Notes under the pieces: model-generated
What the model was told of the DNA's origin: nothing
Seen by the model: the letters and a program-made list of their open reading frames with translations, nothing else
Databases searched by the model: none
Source of the DNA: an uncultured Candidatus Binatia bacterium
GTDB taxonomy: Bacteria > Desulfobacterota > Binatia > UBA9968 > JAJDTQ01
DNA length: 64,000 nt
NCBI GenBank assembly: GCA_965215605.1
Contig: OZ244070.1
Location: 2,848,001-2,912,000 of the forward strand
Reading direction: 5' to 3'
Shown here: piece by piece, positions 1-8,764 of the stretch
How positions within the stretch are numbered: the first letter of the stretch is position 1
Layout: every line of letters starts with the position of its first letter
Position numbers and translations under genes: made by a program

Positions 1-597
1 GTCGAATGCGCGACGTTCCCACCCCTCGGGGATGCCATCGGTGATCTTGACGTGCTCGTGACCGGAGAAGCGGAAGTGAACGAACCACTCGCGGTAGAGT
101 AGCCGCGCCGCCTCCTCCAGCAACGCAATTCGCCGCCGGTTATTCTCGATCAGGTCATCGTATGCTGAGAGAAAGGCGACTATATGATCCTGAATACTCC
201 GATTTGGAATGTGGATGGGCAGAACATGGATATGGTTCCTGTTTAGCGTTGGATTTGCGCCCCCGACGTTGAAGCGCTCAAGTCCAAGACACTTGAGAGC
301 ATAGTAGACGAAACGCGCATTGTTTCCTTGGAGTGATTTGCTCCAAAGAGTTGTGTCATGTGGCCAGTAATCGCCCTCGGAGTAGTATACGGAACCAAGA
401 GTACCCTTACGGCCGATAATGACGCCTGGTCCCCTGGCCTTGGAAGCATTGTGCCAACTGCTCAGGCCACCAGACGAGAAGACGGGCACATCGCCCGCTT
501 TCTGTTGAGCCTTAGTGATGTCAAATCCGCGTTGCAGGAAAACCAGGTCTTGCAGGACCGCTGGCTTCCAACGCTGCGCACCGAGATACGCCGTCAT
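1..597 (-). CDS. hsdS: Type I restriction-modification specificity subunit (5' part; runs off the window start)
   Basis: Not in the ORF track. My translation from ATG at 597 gives [28 protein letters not shown]...IIGRKGTLG...[17 protein letters not shown]...[30 protein letters not shown]...GIPEGW, a typical HsdS TRD plus conserved helical spacer. It lies downstream of hsdM. Confidence 0.92.
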   Translation of the reverse strand, partial: MTAYLGAQRWKPAVLQDLVFLQRGFDITKAQQKAGDVPVFSSGGLSSWHNASKARGPGVIIGRKGTLGSVYYSEGDYWPHDTTLWSKSLQGNNARFVYYALKCLGLERFNVGGANPTLNRNHIHVLPIHIPNRSIQDHIVAFLSAYDDLIENNRRRIALLEEAARLLYREWFVHFRFSGHEHVKITDGIPEGWERRAFD

Positions 598-662
598 ACC
601 CCCAACTCCTCGAAATTCCGGGGTATCGGTACGGCCAGTCCCATTGCCCCTTCGTCAACTCC
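593..662 (-). repeat. Degenerate copy of the hsdM 3' end (partner copy at 1659-1729)
   Basis: 27 of the first 30 nt are identical to 1659-1688. It encodes ...RNFEELGV* versus hsdM ...RNFEGLGV*, and its TGA overlaps the hsdS ATG. Confidence 0.85.
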
Positions 663-679
663 GCATTTCGCATACCGCG

Positions 680-1663
680 TCATCGCGCCACCGCCCGCCC
701 GCGCGCCGTGAGCCGATACCGCTGGTTCCTTGCCGTCGGCGACTCCGGGTGGGTCATTTCCACCAGAGCGTGCTTGAGGGCAGGAAGCAGGTAACGCTCC
801 CGGAAGGACTTCCGGTCGCTCAAGCCGAGTGCGTGCAGAATCTGCCGCGCCGACATCTCGCCTTTCAGGACAGAGAGCAGCCGCATTACTTGGGGGGTTA
901 TCTGAGGGGTTACTTGGGGGGTCGAGATCGCTTCGTGAATCGCCTCAAGCATGTAGGTGATGAACGGCGTGCTGTCACCGTTGGCCGAGCTCTCCCGGAT
1001 GGCCGCGTAGTAGTCGCTCTGGCGCGCATGGATCAGGCTCTCCACCGGAATCCAGGCGAACAGTTGGTTCCAGCGCGTCAGAATCAGGGTCTGCCAGAGC
1101 CTTCCCATGCGCCCGTTGCCGTCCTCGAAGGGATGGATGAACTCGAATTCGTAGTGGAATACGGAGCTCGCGATCAACGGATGCTCGTCCGTGCCGCTTA
1201 GCCAGGACAGCAGGTTCTCCATCAGATGCGGAACGCGATCGGCGGGAGGGCCGATGTGGTGTACTTGTCCTCCACCGGTCACGGCGACGCCGACACGCCG
1301 GTAGCGGCCGGGAGCGTCGAGCAACCCCATCATCAGCACTGCGTGCGCACGGAGCAGATCGGCTTCGCTGGTGGGACTCCACTCGTGGAAGACGTCGTAG
1401 GCGCTGAAGGCGTTGCGGACCTCCTGGATTTCCCGCGGCGGCGCGATCACCGGCCTGCCGTCGAGGAGGGTCGTGATCTCGTCTTCGGTGAGGGTGTTGC
1501 CTTCGATCGCGAGCGACCCTCGAATGGTGCGGATGCGGTTGATCCGCCGCAGGCGCAGGTCCTCGCCGACCGCCGCTTCCTCCGCCCGCCCGGTCGCTTC
1601 GCCGATCCGTATGGACAGGTCGAGAATCGCCGGGGTGATCGTGTAGGGCGGTGTCGTGGTCAC
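680..1663 (-). CDS. Fic-family protein (AMPylase) with inhibitory helix and C-terminal HTH-like domain
   Basis: Canonical HPFEDGNGRMGR motif and N-terminal SLAIEGN inhibitory motif. GTG start overlaps the hsdM stop. TPQV/TPQI 12-bp tandem repeat at 887-922. Confidence 0.93.
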   Translation of the reverse strand: MTTTPPYTITPAILDLSIRIGEATGRAEEAAVGEDLRLRRINRIRTIRGSLAIEGNTLTEDEITTLLDGRPVIAPPREIQEVRNAFSAYDVFHEWSPTSEADLLRAHAVLMMGLLDAPGRYRRVGVAVTGGGQVHHIGPPADRVPHLMENLLSWLSGTDEHPLIASSVFHYEFEFIHPFEDGNGRMGRLWQTLILTRWNQLFAWIPVESLIHARQSDYYAAIRESSANGDSTPFITYMLEAIHEAISTPQVTPQITPQVMRLLSVLKGEMSARQILHALGLSDRKSFRERYLLPALKHALVEMTHPESPTARNQRYRLTARGRAVAR

Positions 1664-3774
1664 ACCCCCAACCCCTCGAAGTTCCGGGCGATCCGCGCGG
1701 CCAGCTCCGCCGCTTCCTCGTTCAACTCCTTGAGGTCCGCGTGGATGGACTGCATCGCCTCCGCGAAGTCGAAGTTCTCGTCCTCCTCCTCGGGCGCGAT
1801 CCCGACATACCGGCCGGGCGTGAGGCTCCAGGCGTGCGCCTCGACCTCACCGCGGTCAACCAGCTTCACCAGGCCCTCGACGTCGCGGAGACGCGCCTCG
1901 GGGAAGCGTTCTTGCAGCCAGTCGGCCTGATGCACGAAATGGCGAGCCCGACTGAGCGCTTCGACGGCCGACCCTTGCGCGCTTTCCAGCGATCGGCGCG
2001 CCTTGTCGATCTCCGCACTGGGCCAGTGATCCGAGTCCCGAGCTTCCAGTTCCTTGACCGCCGTATCGACCACCCGGCCGGCGAGCTTCGCGGCTAGATC
2101 GATCTGCCTCGTCACGTTCCGGCCGCGCTCCGCCATGCCATGCAGGCTTTCGCGCGCCGCGTGGAGGGCGGGGTTGTCCCGCGCCTCGCCGTTGCCGCCC
2201 TCGTTCCAGTCGGCGGCGCGCTGCGCCACTTCGGCGGTAAACGCCGCACAATCGGCGGATACGGTGGTCCGAGCGGAGATGAGCACCTCCCAAGGTTCGG
2301 CAAGCGGGCCGGGGGCGTGCTGCCCGGTCGCGAACGGTTCGGCCAGATCGATCAGCCTGCCGAGCGCGCCCTCGAACGCGGCGAGCGGCTCTGCGGCGGC
2401 CCCACCTTCCGCGATGGACCGGGCGAGGTAGCTCTCGACCAGATCGAGGAACCGGTCCGACTGCCCCCGATACAGCCATACGATGGCGGCGATGTTCTTC
2501 TGCTGCTCGGGGCTGAAGTCGTAGACCGCGCGGGAGACCTTGCGATGGATGTTGCGGGCGTCGAGCATCAGGACACGGTCGGCCCGCTCGGGGTCTTGCT
2601 CCTTGGTGCGGTCGAAGAACCAGAGCTGGCAGGGTACGGCGCGGGTGTAGAAGAAGTTGCCGCGGACATCGATCATCACGTCCACGGCGCCCGTTTCCAC
2701 CAGCTTCCGGCGCACCTTGGCCTCGTCCCGCCCGGCGCTGGACGCCTGCGACGACATGACCACCCCCGCCCGTCCGGTCCCGTTCAGGTAGCTGTAGAAG
2801 TAGGAGAGCCACAGATAGTTGGCGTTGGAGACCTTCTTTGCCTTATTGACGCCCGGCAGGCCGAAGGGAAGGCGCTTGTCTCCCTTGACCTTCTCGGCGT
2901 CCACCTCGTCCACGTTGAACGGCGGGTTCGCCATGACGAAGTCGCACTTGCCCGCCAACTCGTGGGGGTCCTTGTAGTAGGTGATGGCCTCGTTGCCGGC
3001 GCGGATGCTGCCCTGGAGACCGTGAACGGCGAGGTTGACCTGAGCGAGCTTCGCGGTGGTCTCGTTCTTCTCGTGGCCGTAGAACGTGACCCGTTTCATG
3101 GTGTCCTCGCCCGCGTCCTCGATGAAGTGGCTCGACTGCACGAACATGCCGCCGGTGCCGCAGGCAGGGTCGAGAATGACGCCGTGGTCCGGTTCGATGA
3201 CGTTGACGATGGTCTGGACGATGGACGGCGGGGTGAAGAACTCGCCGTTGTCATGCGCCTTCTCCTTTGAGAATTCCGTAAGGAAGTACTCGTAGATGCG
3301 GCCGAAGACGTCGCCCGATGCCGTGCGCAACGCCTCGGCATCGAAGGTCCGCATCATCTCTTCCAGCACATCGTCCTCGAAGCGCTCGTAGTCCTTGGGC
3401 AACTGACCGGCGAGCGGCGGAAAGTGGCTTTCCACGGCCTCCATGGCGGCCGTCACCGCCGCCCCGAGGCTGCCGTCCTTGGGCATCCCCAGCAGCACGT
3501 CGTAGCGCGCCGTCTTGGGCAGCATCAGGGCGCGCCGCTGAGTGAAATCCGCCTCGATCAGTGGCCTCTCCGGCATCCTGCCTGCGGCCTTGTCCTTCCG
3601 GATGGCTTCCAGCGCCGCGTAATACCGGTTGGTCGCGTGCCGCAGGAAGATCAGCCCCAGGATGGGCAGGAAATACTCGTTCGACGCCAGGTTCGAATTG
3701 GCTCGCAGGTTGTCCGCGATCTTCCAGAGGTCCGCCTCGAACTGCCCGAGGCCGGCAAGAGGGTCCGCAGTCAT
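1660..3774 (-). CDS. hsdM: Type I restriction-modification N6-adenine methyltransferase subunit
   Basis: LWKIADNLRANS N-terminus, GEFFTP, DPACGTGG (motif I) and NPPF (motif IV). Start set at MTADPL (3774) rather than 3891. Confidence 0.95.
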   Translation of the reverse strand: MTADPLAGLGQFEADLWKIADNLRANSNLASNEYFLPILGLIFLRHATNRYYAALEAIRKDKAAGRMPERPLIEADFTQRRALMLPKTARYDVLLGMPKDGSLGAAVTAAMEAVESHFPPLAGQLPKDYERFEDDVLEEMMRTFDAEALRTASGDVFGRIYEYFLTEFSKEKAHDNGEFFTPPSIVQTIVNVIEPDHGVILDPACGTGGMFVQSSHFIEDAGEDTMKRVTFYGHEKNETTAKLAQVNLAVHGLQGSIRAGNEAITYYKDPHELAGKCDFVMANPPFNVDEVDAEKVKGDKRLPFGLPGVNKAKKVSNANYLWLSYFYSYLNGTGRAGVVMSSQASSAGRDEAKVRRKLVETGAVDVMIDVRGNFFYTRAVPCQLWFFDRTKEQDPERADRVLMLDARNIHRKVSRAVYDFSPEQQKNIAAIVWLYRGQSDRFLDLVESYLARSIAEGGAAAEPLAAFEGALGRLIDLAEPFATGQHAPGPLAEPWEVLISARTTVSADCAAFTAEVAQRAADWNEGGNGEARDNPALHAARESLHGMAERGRNVTRQIDLAAKLAGRVVDTAVKELEARDSDHWPSAEIDKARRSLESAQGSAVEALSRARHFVHQADWLQERFPEARLRDVEGLVKLVDRGEVEAHAWSLTPGRYVGIAPEEEDENFDFAEAMQSIHADLKELNEEAAELAARIARNFEGLGV

Positions 3775-3936
3775 CCGCTTCCTTCCGTAGTGGGGCTGAT
3801 TGCCCAATGTCGGCGAAATCGGTGCAAAGCGCAACGGATTGGGGAAAAAGCGCACAGTTCCCAAGCTGATCGCGAGGATCCCCGGAGACACGTCACTGCG
3901 CTACCTTCATTCGGCTTGAGTCCACTTTGGCAGGGC

Positions 3937-3981
3937 TTGCATATTCTCCCATATTGCCATATATTCATATTTCCATATTTC
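3937..3981 (+). promoter_or_regulatory. sigma70-like promoter overlapped by five CATAT(T/A) direct repeats
   Basis: TTGCAT (3937-3942)-N17-TATATT (3960-3965). Repeats start at 3940, 3950, 3958, 3966 and 3974. GGAGG precedes the ATG at 3998. Confidence 0.6.
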
Positions 3982-3997
3982 AGCACTGGAGGGTCCG

Positions 3998-4543
3998 ATG
4001 CCAGAAATTACCATTCAACGATCCACTTTCGAGCGGTTGCAGCGCTTCGCCAAACCGCTGGTTGATACGCCGGACACGATCATCGCCAAGGCGCTTGATG
4101 CTCTTGACCAGCTTGAAGGGCAGGGCACGTCCTTTGGCGAAGGGCAAGGTGGGAGCGAGCGTCAACTTGATCCTCATGCGTTGCCGAATCTGACGCATTC
4201 AAAAGTGCTCGATGCCAGGATTGGCGGAAGCCGCGTTGAGAAACCGAACTGGAATCGTGTGCTCGCAGAGGTACTGCGTCAAGCCATCAGGCGGGCAGGC
4301 AGCTTTGAAGGGGTGCAAGTATTGTGTCCGGCTAATACGGCCAAGGGACGTAAGGAGGATGATGGGTTCAGCTATCTGGCTGACGTAGATGTTTCGGTGC
4401 AGGGACAACCGGCAAACGGTGCCTGTCACGCAATGGTGGCGATGGCCGAAGCGTGTGGGATCCTCCTCGATGTCAGGGTCATGTGGCGGCTCAAGGAAGA
4501 GGCCGCCTATCCCGGTGAACGAGGCCGGTTCAAGGTAGGTTAA
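3998..4543 (+). CDS. Hypothetical protein with N-terminal ribbon-helix-helix-like segment (resembles proteins annotated as SepA family)
   Basis: 181-aa ORF with RBS. MPEITIQRSTFERLQ...TPDTIIAKALDAL has a beta-alpha-alpha pattern. The family label is from memory only. Confidence 0.6.
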   Translation: MPEITIQRSTFERLQRFAKPLVDTPDTIIAKALDALDQLEGQGTSFGEGQGGSERQLDPHALPNLTHSKVLDARIGGSRVEKPNWNRVLAEVLRQAIRRAGSFEGVQVLCPANTAKGRKEDDGFSYLADVDVSVQGQPANGACHAMVAMAEACGILLDVRVMWRLKEEAAYPGERGRFKVG

Positions 4544-4623
4544 ATGGGCTAAAGGGGTGGGATGGGATCCGATGCAGACCTGCAAGCGGGCGCACGAAGG
4601 CTGCACGACAAGGAGGCAGGTGC

Positions 4624-5343
4624 ATGACTGACACCAGAACGTTCAATGTCTACTGCGATGAGAGCTGTCATCTTGAACATGATCGAAGCCCTGTCATGGC
4701 TTGGGGGGCGGTCATTTGCGAAACGCAACGTGTTCGGGAACTTTCGGTCCGGATGCGAAAGCTCAAGACCGAGTACGGGTTGAAGTCCTCCTTTGAGGCA
4801 AAGTGGACGAAAATCTCACCAGGTAGAAGCGACTTCTACTTGGCTTTGGTCGACTTGTTTCTGAAGGATGATCGCTTGAAGTTCCGTGGTCTCGTAGTTC
4901 CCGACAAAGATCAGCTTGATCACGCAAGCTTCGACCAGTCTCATGATGATTGGTACTACAAGATGTACTTTACCATGCTCCGTCCGGTGTTTGACGGTGC
5001 CCAACGGTATCGCGTCTATCTTGATTTGAAGGACACAAGGGGTGGGCCCAAAACGAGGAGGCTCCACCAAGTACTTGCGAACAGTTTGCATGACCGTGAC
5101 CGGAAACGTGTTGAGCGAGTGCAACAGACAAGATCCGACGAGAGTGAACTGATGCAAATGTCCGATCTCCTTATTGGCGCGTTGACTTATGCCAATCGCG
5201 GACTTGCCGGCAGTCCAGCCAAGGGGGCCGTCATTGGGCGACTTCGCCAACAGCTTGGAGAGCAAGTGCTCTCGCGCACCTCACCCCTGGCCTCTGTGAA
5301 GTTCAACATACTGGTTTGGCGCGCGCGAGATCTGGTTGGATGA
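4624..5343 (+). CDS. DUF3800 domain protein (RNase H-like fold)
   Basis: N-terminal VYCDESCH, EAKWTK, YLD, and C-terminal SELMQMSDLLIGA (QxxD). AAGGAGG RBS. Confidence 0.85.
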   Translation: MTDTRTFNVYCDESCHLEHDRSPVMAWGAVICETQRVRELSVRMRKLKTEYGLKSSFEAKWTKISPGRSDFYLALVDLFLKDDRLKFRGLVVPDKDQLDHASFDQSHDDWYYKMYFTMLRPVFDGAQRYRVYLDLKDTRGGPKTRRLHQVLANSLHDRDRKRVERVQQTRSDESELMQMSDLLIGALTYANRGLAGSPAKGAVIGRLRQQLGEQVLSRTSPLASVKFNILVWRARDLVG

Positions 5344-5813
5344 AGCCACCCGAACTTCTCCTGTTCGACGCCTTCAATGGCGACTGGGACGCCTACGAGC
5401 ACGAGTTGTACGGAATCTTCCTCCGCGAGATCGCACGGAGCGGTCTGATGTTTCGTGGCAAGAATATCGTTTGTCGCCGCATACCGGAGACAGCGGGACG
5501 TTGGGCCTCCTTCTGGCATTTGGTCCAGGAGGGACGTGTGGAAGACGACCGGACTCCAGACCTGCGCCGTTGCGAACGCCTTCGCTGGATACGATGGGTC
5601 ATCCAGAACGCTGGGAGTCATCCCCAGATCGACGAATGGCAAAACAGGCGAAAGAACGTGCCCAACACGCTGCTGTGGTATCGGGAAGAGTACCTCGTGG
5701 TACTGTCCCAGCGAGGGGACTGCTGGCTCCTCAAGACTGCTTACTGCACCGACCAACGTCGGCGAATTCAGCAACTCCGTCGCGAGCGTGACGACTCTCG
5801 GCGTTTAGGGTGA
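5340..5813 (+). CDS. Hypothetical protein, putative RelE/barnase-like (PBECR-type) nuclease
   Basis: ATGA overlap with the DUF3800 stop. FWHL, DLRRCERLRWI and YLVVL...LLKTAY motifs give an H..R..R..TAY pattern typical of BECR-fold RNases (inference). Confidence 0.6.
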   Translation: MKPPELLLFDAFNGDWDAYEHELYGIFLREIARSGLMFRGKNIVCRRIPETAGRWASFWHLVQEGRVEDDRTPDLRRCERLRWIRWVIQNAGSHPQIDEWQNRRKNVPNTLLWYREEYLVVLSQRGDCWLLKTAYCTDQRRRIQQLRRERDDSRRLG

Positions 5814-5824
5814 GGTGGTAATCC

Positions 5825-5895
5825 AAAAGGCTGAAGCCGCCCAAGCAAACTCGGACGGCTTCGAATGCTCCTCCTACACGTGGCAGGTGAGACAC
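5825..5895 (-). ncRNA. Candidate small structured RNA convergent with the DUF3800 operon
   Basis: On the minus strand GAAGCCGUCCGAG-UUUG-CUUGGGCGGCUUC forms an uninterrupted 13-bp stem. Its two G-U pairs are C-A mismatches on the plus strand. A second hairpin CCUGC/GUAGG is closed by CUC/GAG, followed by a UUUU tail. Perfect TTGACA at 5928-5923. Confidence 0.6.
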
Positions 5896-6053
5896 CGTCT
5901 ATATGCGACTGCGTGGGTCGATTGTCAAGAGGGTATCCGATGGTGAGTGAAGCGAAGGCGTAAGGCCCCCGCGTCATCTCCTGCTAAGGCAGACACCTTT
6001 GTGTTATCCTCGGCGAGATGGGTGAACAGGGATCAGCCGAAGCGGTCGGCATT

Positions 6054-7754
6054 ATGAAGGCCGCCGATTTTCGCCTCGAGGCGGCCCGGGTCATGGCGCG
6101 GCACGCGGAGTTGGAGCCGGAGGCGGTGGATCGCATGTTGACGACTCCGCCGAAGCCGGACATGGGCGATTTCGCCTTCCCGTGCTTCACGCTGGCCAAG
6201 AAGCTGCGCAAGGCCCCTCCGGTGATCGCGAAAGAGATCGCGGAGAAAGCGTCCGGTGACCTGGAACTCCTGTGCGGCGCCCAGGCCGCCGGCGGCTACG
6301 TCAACCTTTCTGTGGACCGCACCCGCTTCGCCGACGCGGTGCTGCGCGAGGCGGCATCGGCGGGCGAGGCCTACGGCACCTGCGCGGACGGGACCGGCCA
6401 GACCATCGCCATCGACTACTCCTCCCCCAACATCGCCAAGCCTTTTCACGTGGGCCATTTGCGCTCCACCATCATCGGCGGCGCGTTGGTGCGGATCTTC
6501 GAGACCCTGGGCTACGAGGTCGTCGGCATCAACCACGTGGGCGACTGGGGCACCCAGTTCGGCCGGCAGATCGTGGGCCTCAAGCGGTTCGGGAAGCCCG
6601 AGGACGCCGACGACCTGATGAGCCTCAACCGCCTCTACGTCCAGTTCCACGAGGCGGCGGAAAGCGACCGGGAGTTGGTGGAGGAGGCGCGGGAGTGGTT
6701 CCGCCGCCAGGAGGCGGGGGACCAGGTGGCGCTGGCGCTGTGGCGCCGCATCCGCGATACCAGCCTCGACTACTTCAAGCGCATCTACGACCGGCTGGGG
6801 GTACGCTTCGACTCCTACACGGGCGAGTCGTTCTTCAACGACAAGATGGACGTGGTCATCGAGGAGGCCCGGGCCAAGGGCCTGGCCGAGGTGTCCGACG
6901 GCGCCCTCATCATCGACCTTTCGGAGGAGGGCATCGACACCCCGGCGCTGCTGGAGAAGGCCGACGGCACCACCCTCTACCTCACCCGTGACGTGGCCGC
7001 GGCCCGGTACCGCCACGACACCTACGGCTGCGACCGCATCGTCTACGTGGTGGCCAGCGGCCAGTCGCTGCATTTCAAGCAGCTCTTCACGGTGCTGAAG
7101 CTGCTCGGGCACCCTTGGGCCAAGGACTGCGTGCACGTGAACTTCGGGCTGGTGCAGGGCATGTCCACCCGCAAGGGCAACGTCATCTACCTGGAGGAAC
7201 TGCTGGACGAAGCCCGGGACCGGGCGCTGGCCTACATGCAAGGCGAGATCGAGAAGCGGCTGGAGCTCGAGGACGAGGAGACCGTGGCCGAGGCCGTAGG
7301 CATCGCCGCCATCTTCTTCGCCGACCTGTCCAAGCAGCGGATCAAGGACTACCGTTTCGACTGGGACCTGGCCATATCCTTCGACGGCGACACCGGGCCG
7401 TACCTCATGAGCGCCCACGCGCGCATTGCCGGCATCCTGCGCAACTGCGGGCTCGACCCGGACCCCGATGCCGACGTGAGCCCGCTGGTGGAGCCGGAGG
7501 CCCACCGGCTGGTGAGCCTGGTGGCCCGCTACCCCGACGTGCTGCGGGAGGCCGGGCGGCTGTACGAGCCTTCGGTGCTGGCCAACTACCTGCTGGAGCT
7601 GGCACGGGGCCTGCACGCCAGCTACACGGTGCTGCGGGTCAAGGGCGAGGAAACCGGCAGGGCGCAGGCCCGACTCCTGCTCTTCACCGCGGTGAAGCAG
7701 GTGCTCCGGAGCGGCCTGACCATCCTCGGCATCCAGCCCCTGGAGCGGATGTAG
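6054..7754 (+). CDS. argS: Arginine--tRNA ligase
   Basis: DYSSPNIAKPFHVGHLRST (HIGH-like), GDWGTQFG, GMSTRKG, GDTGPYL and C-terminal LERM. Confidence 0.97.
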   Translation: MKAADFRLEAARVMARHAELEPEAVDRMLTTPPKPDMGDFAFPCFTLAKKLRKAPPVIAKEIAEKASGDLELLCGAQAAGGYVNLSVDRTRFADAVLREAASAGEAYGTCADGTGQTIAIDYSSPNIAKPFHVGHLRSTIIGGALVRIFETLGYEVVGINHVGDWGTQFGRQIVGLKRFGKPEDADDLMSLNRLYVQFHEAAESDRELVEEAREWFRRQEAGDQVALALWRRIRDTSLDYFKRIYDRLGVRFDSYTGESFFNDKMDVVIEEARAKGLAEVSDGALIIDLSEEGIDTPALLEKADGTTLYLTRDVAAARYRHDTYGCDRIVYVVASGQSLHFKQLFTVLKLLGHPWAKDCVHVNFGLVQGMSTRKGNVIYLEELLDEARDRALAYMQGEIEKRLELEDEETVAEAVGIAAIFFADLSKQRIKDYRFDWDLAISFDGDTGPYLMSAHARIAGILRNCGLDPDPDADVSPLVEPEAHRLVSLVARYPDVLREAGRLYEPSVLANYLLELARGLHASYTVLRVKGEETGRAQARLLLFTAVKQVLRSGLTILGIQPLERM

Positions 7755-7757
7755 TTC

Positions 7758-8498
7758 GTGAAGCTGCTGCTGACCAACGACGACGGCATCGACGCTCCGG
7801 GCCTGGAGGTGCTGGAGCGGACCGTGCGCGAGTGGGGCGAGGTCGTCGTCGTGGCGCCGGCGGAAGCGCAGTCCGGCGTCGGCCACAAGCTCACCACGGA
7901 CCGGCCGATCCCGGTGGAGAGAGTCGCCGCCGGGCGTTACAGCGTCCAGGCCAGTCCCGCGGACTGCGTCCGGATAGCGCTCACCGAGATCGTGCCGGAT
8001 GCGTCGTGGGTGCTGGCGGGCATCAACCGGGGAGCGAACCTCGGCGCCGACGTCTACACCTCGGGCACGGTGGCGGCGGCGCGAGAGGCCGCGCTGCTGG
8101 GCTGCCGCTCCCTTGCCATCTCACAGTACGTGGCCAAGGGCCGGCCGGTGGACTGGGATGTCACCCATCGCCGGGCGGCCCCTGTGCTCCGGGAACTGTT
8201 GGCCGGCGAACCGGCCCGGGGCGAGTACTGGAACGTGAACCTGCCGCACCCGCCCGCCGGCGGCGCGGTGGACCTGGCGTTCTGCGCCCTGGACACGGGG
8301 CCCCTCGGCGTGGCCTACCGGAAGGAAGAAGGCGCGTTCGTGTACGAGGCGGTGTACCACCAACGCCCGCGGCAGCCCGGGCGGGACGTGGACGTGTGTC
8401 TGGGCGGGCGCGTCGCGGTGACGAAGCTGGTGCTGGAAATCGCCGGGCCGGCCGTGAACCCCGGCTCTGCCGGACCGGAAGAAGGACCCTTGCCGTGA
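7758..8498 (+). CDS. surE: 5'/3'-nucleotidase SurE
   Basis: LLTNDDGIDAPG, QSG, GINRGANLG and SGTVAAAREA motifs. Confidence 0.95.
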   Translation: MKLLLTNDDGIDAPGLEVLERTVREWGEVVVVAPAEAQSGVGHKLTTDRPIPVERVAAGRYSVQASPADCVRIALTEIVPDASWVLAGINRGANLGADVYTSGTVAAAREAALLGCRSLAISQYVAKGRPVDWDVTHRRAAPVLRELLAGEPARGEYWNVNLPHPPAGGAVDLAFCALDTGPLGVAYRKEEGAFVYEAVYHQRPRQPGRDVDVCLGGRVAVTKLVLEIAGPAVNPGSAGPEEGPLP

Positions 8499-8746
8499 AC
8501 TACGTCGACGTGTTTCGGACGGTGGACGTCTCCACCCTGGCCGTGGTCAAGTCCGTCCTGGAGAGCGCCGGTATCACCTACGTGGTCCAGGGCGAATCGG
8601 CGCTGACCCTGCTGCCGGTGGGGCCGTTGTGGGGCGCCTTCGGCTCGGCCGGAGCGGCCGCCGTCATCCAGGTGCCGGAAGAAGAGGCCGAGGCGGCCCT
8701 GGAAATGCTGCAGGAAGTCGCCGATCCGGATTCGGGTACGGAATGA
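8495..8746 (+). CDS. DUF2007-like (PII-like) small protein
   Basis: GTG overlaps the surE stop. VVKSVLESAGI...QGE...IQVPEEEAEAALEML pattern. This is the C-terminal part of the 7115 ORF. Confidence 0.75.
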   Translation: MNYVDVFRTVDVSTLAVVKSVLESAGITYVVQGESALTLLPVGPLWGAFGSAGAAAVIQVPEEEAEAALEMLQEVADPDSGTE

Positions 8747-8764
8747 CGCCGGCGCCCGATATCG

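Noticed and set aside
4542-4610. Peptide KWAKGVGWDPMQTCKRAHEGC resembling a DUF5131 N-terminus
   Set aside because: It is too short, has no start codon and only pattern-level similarity, so it cannot be supported without a search.
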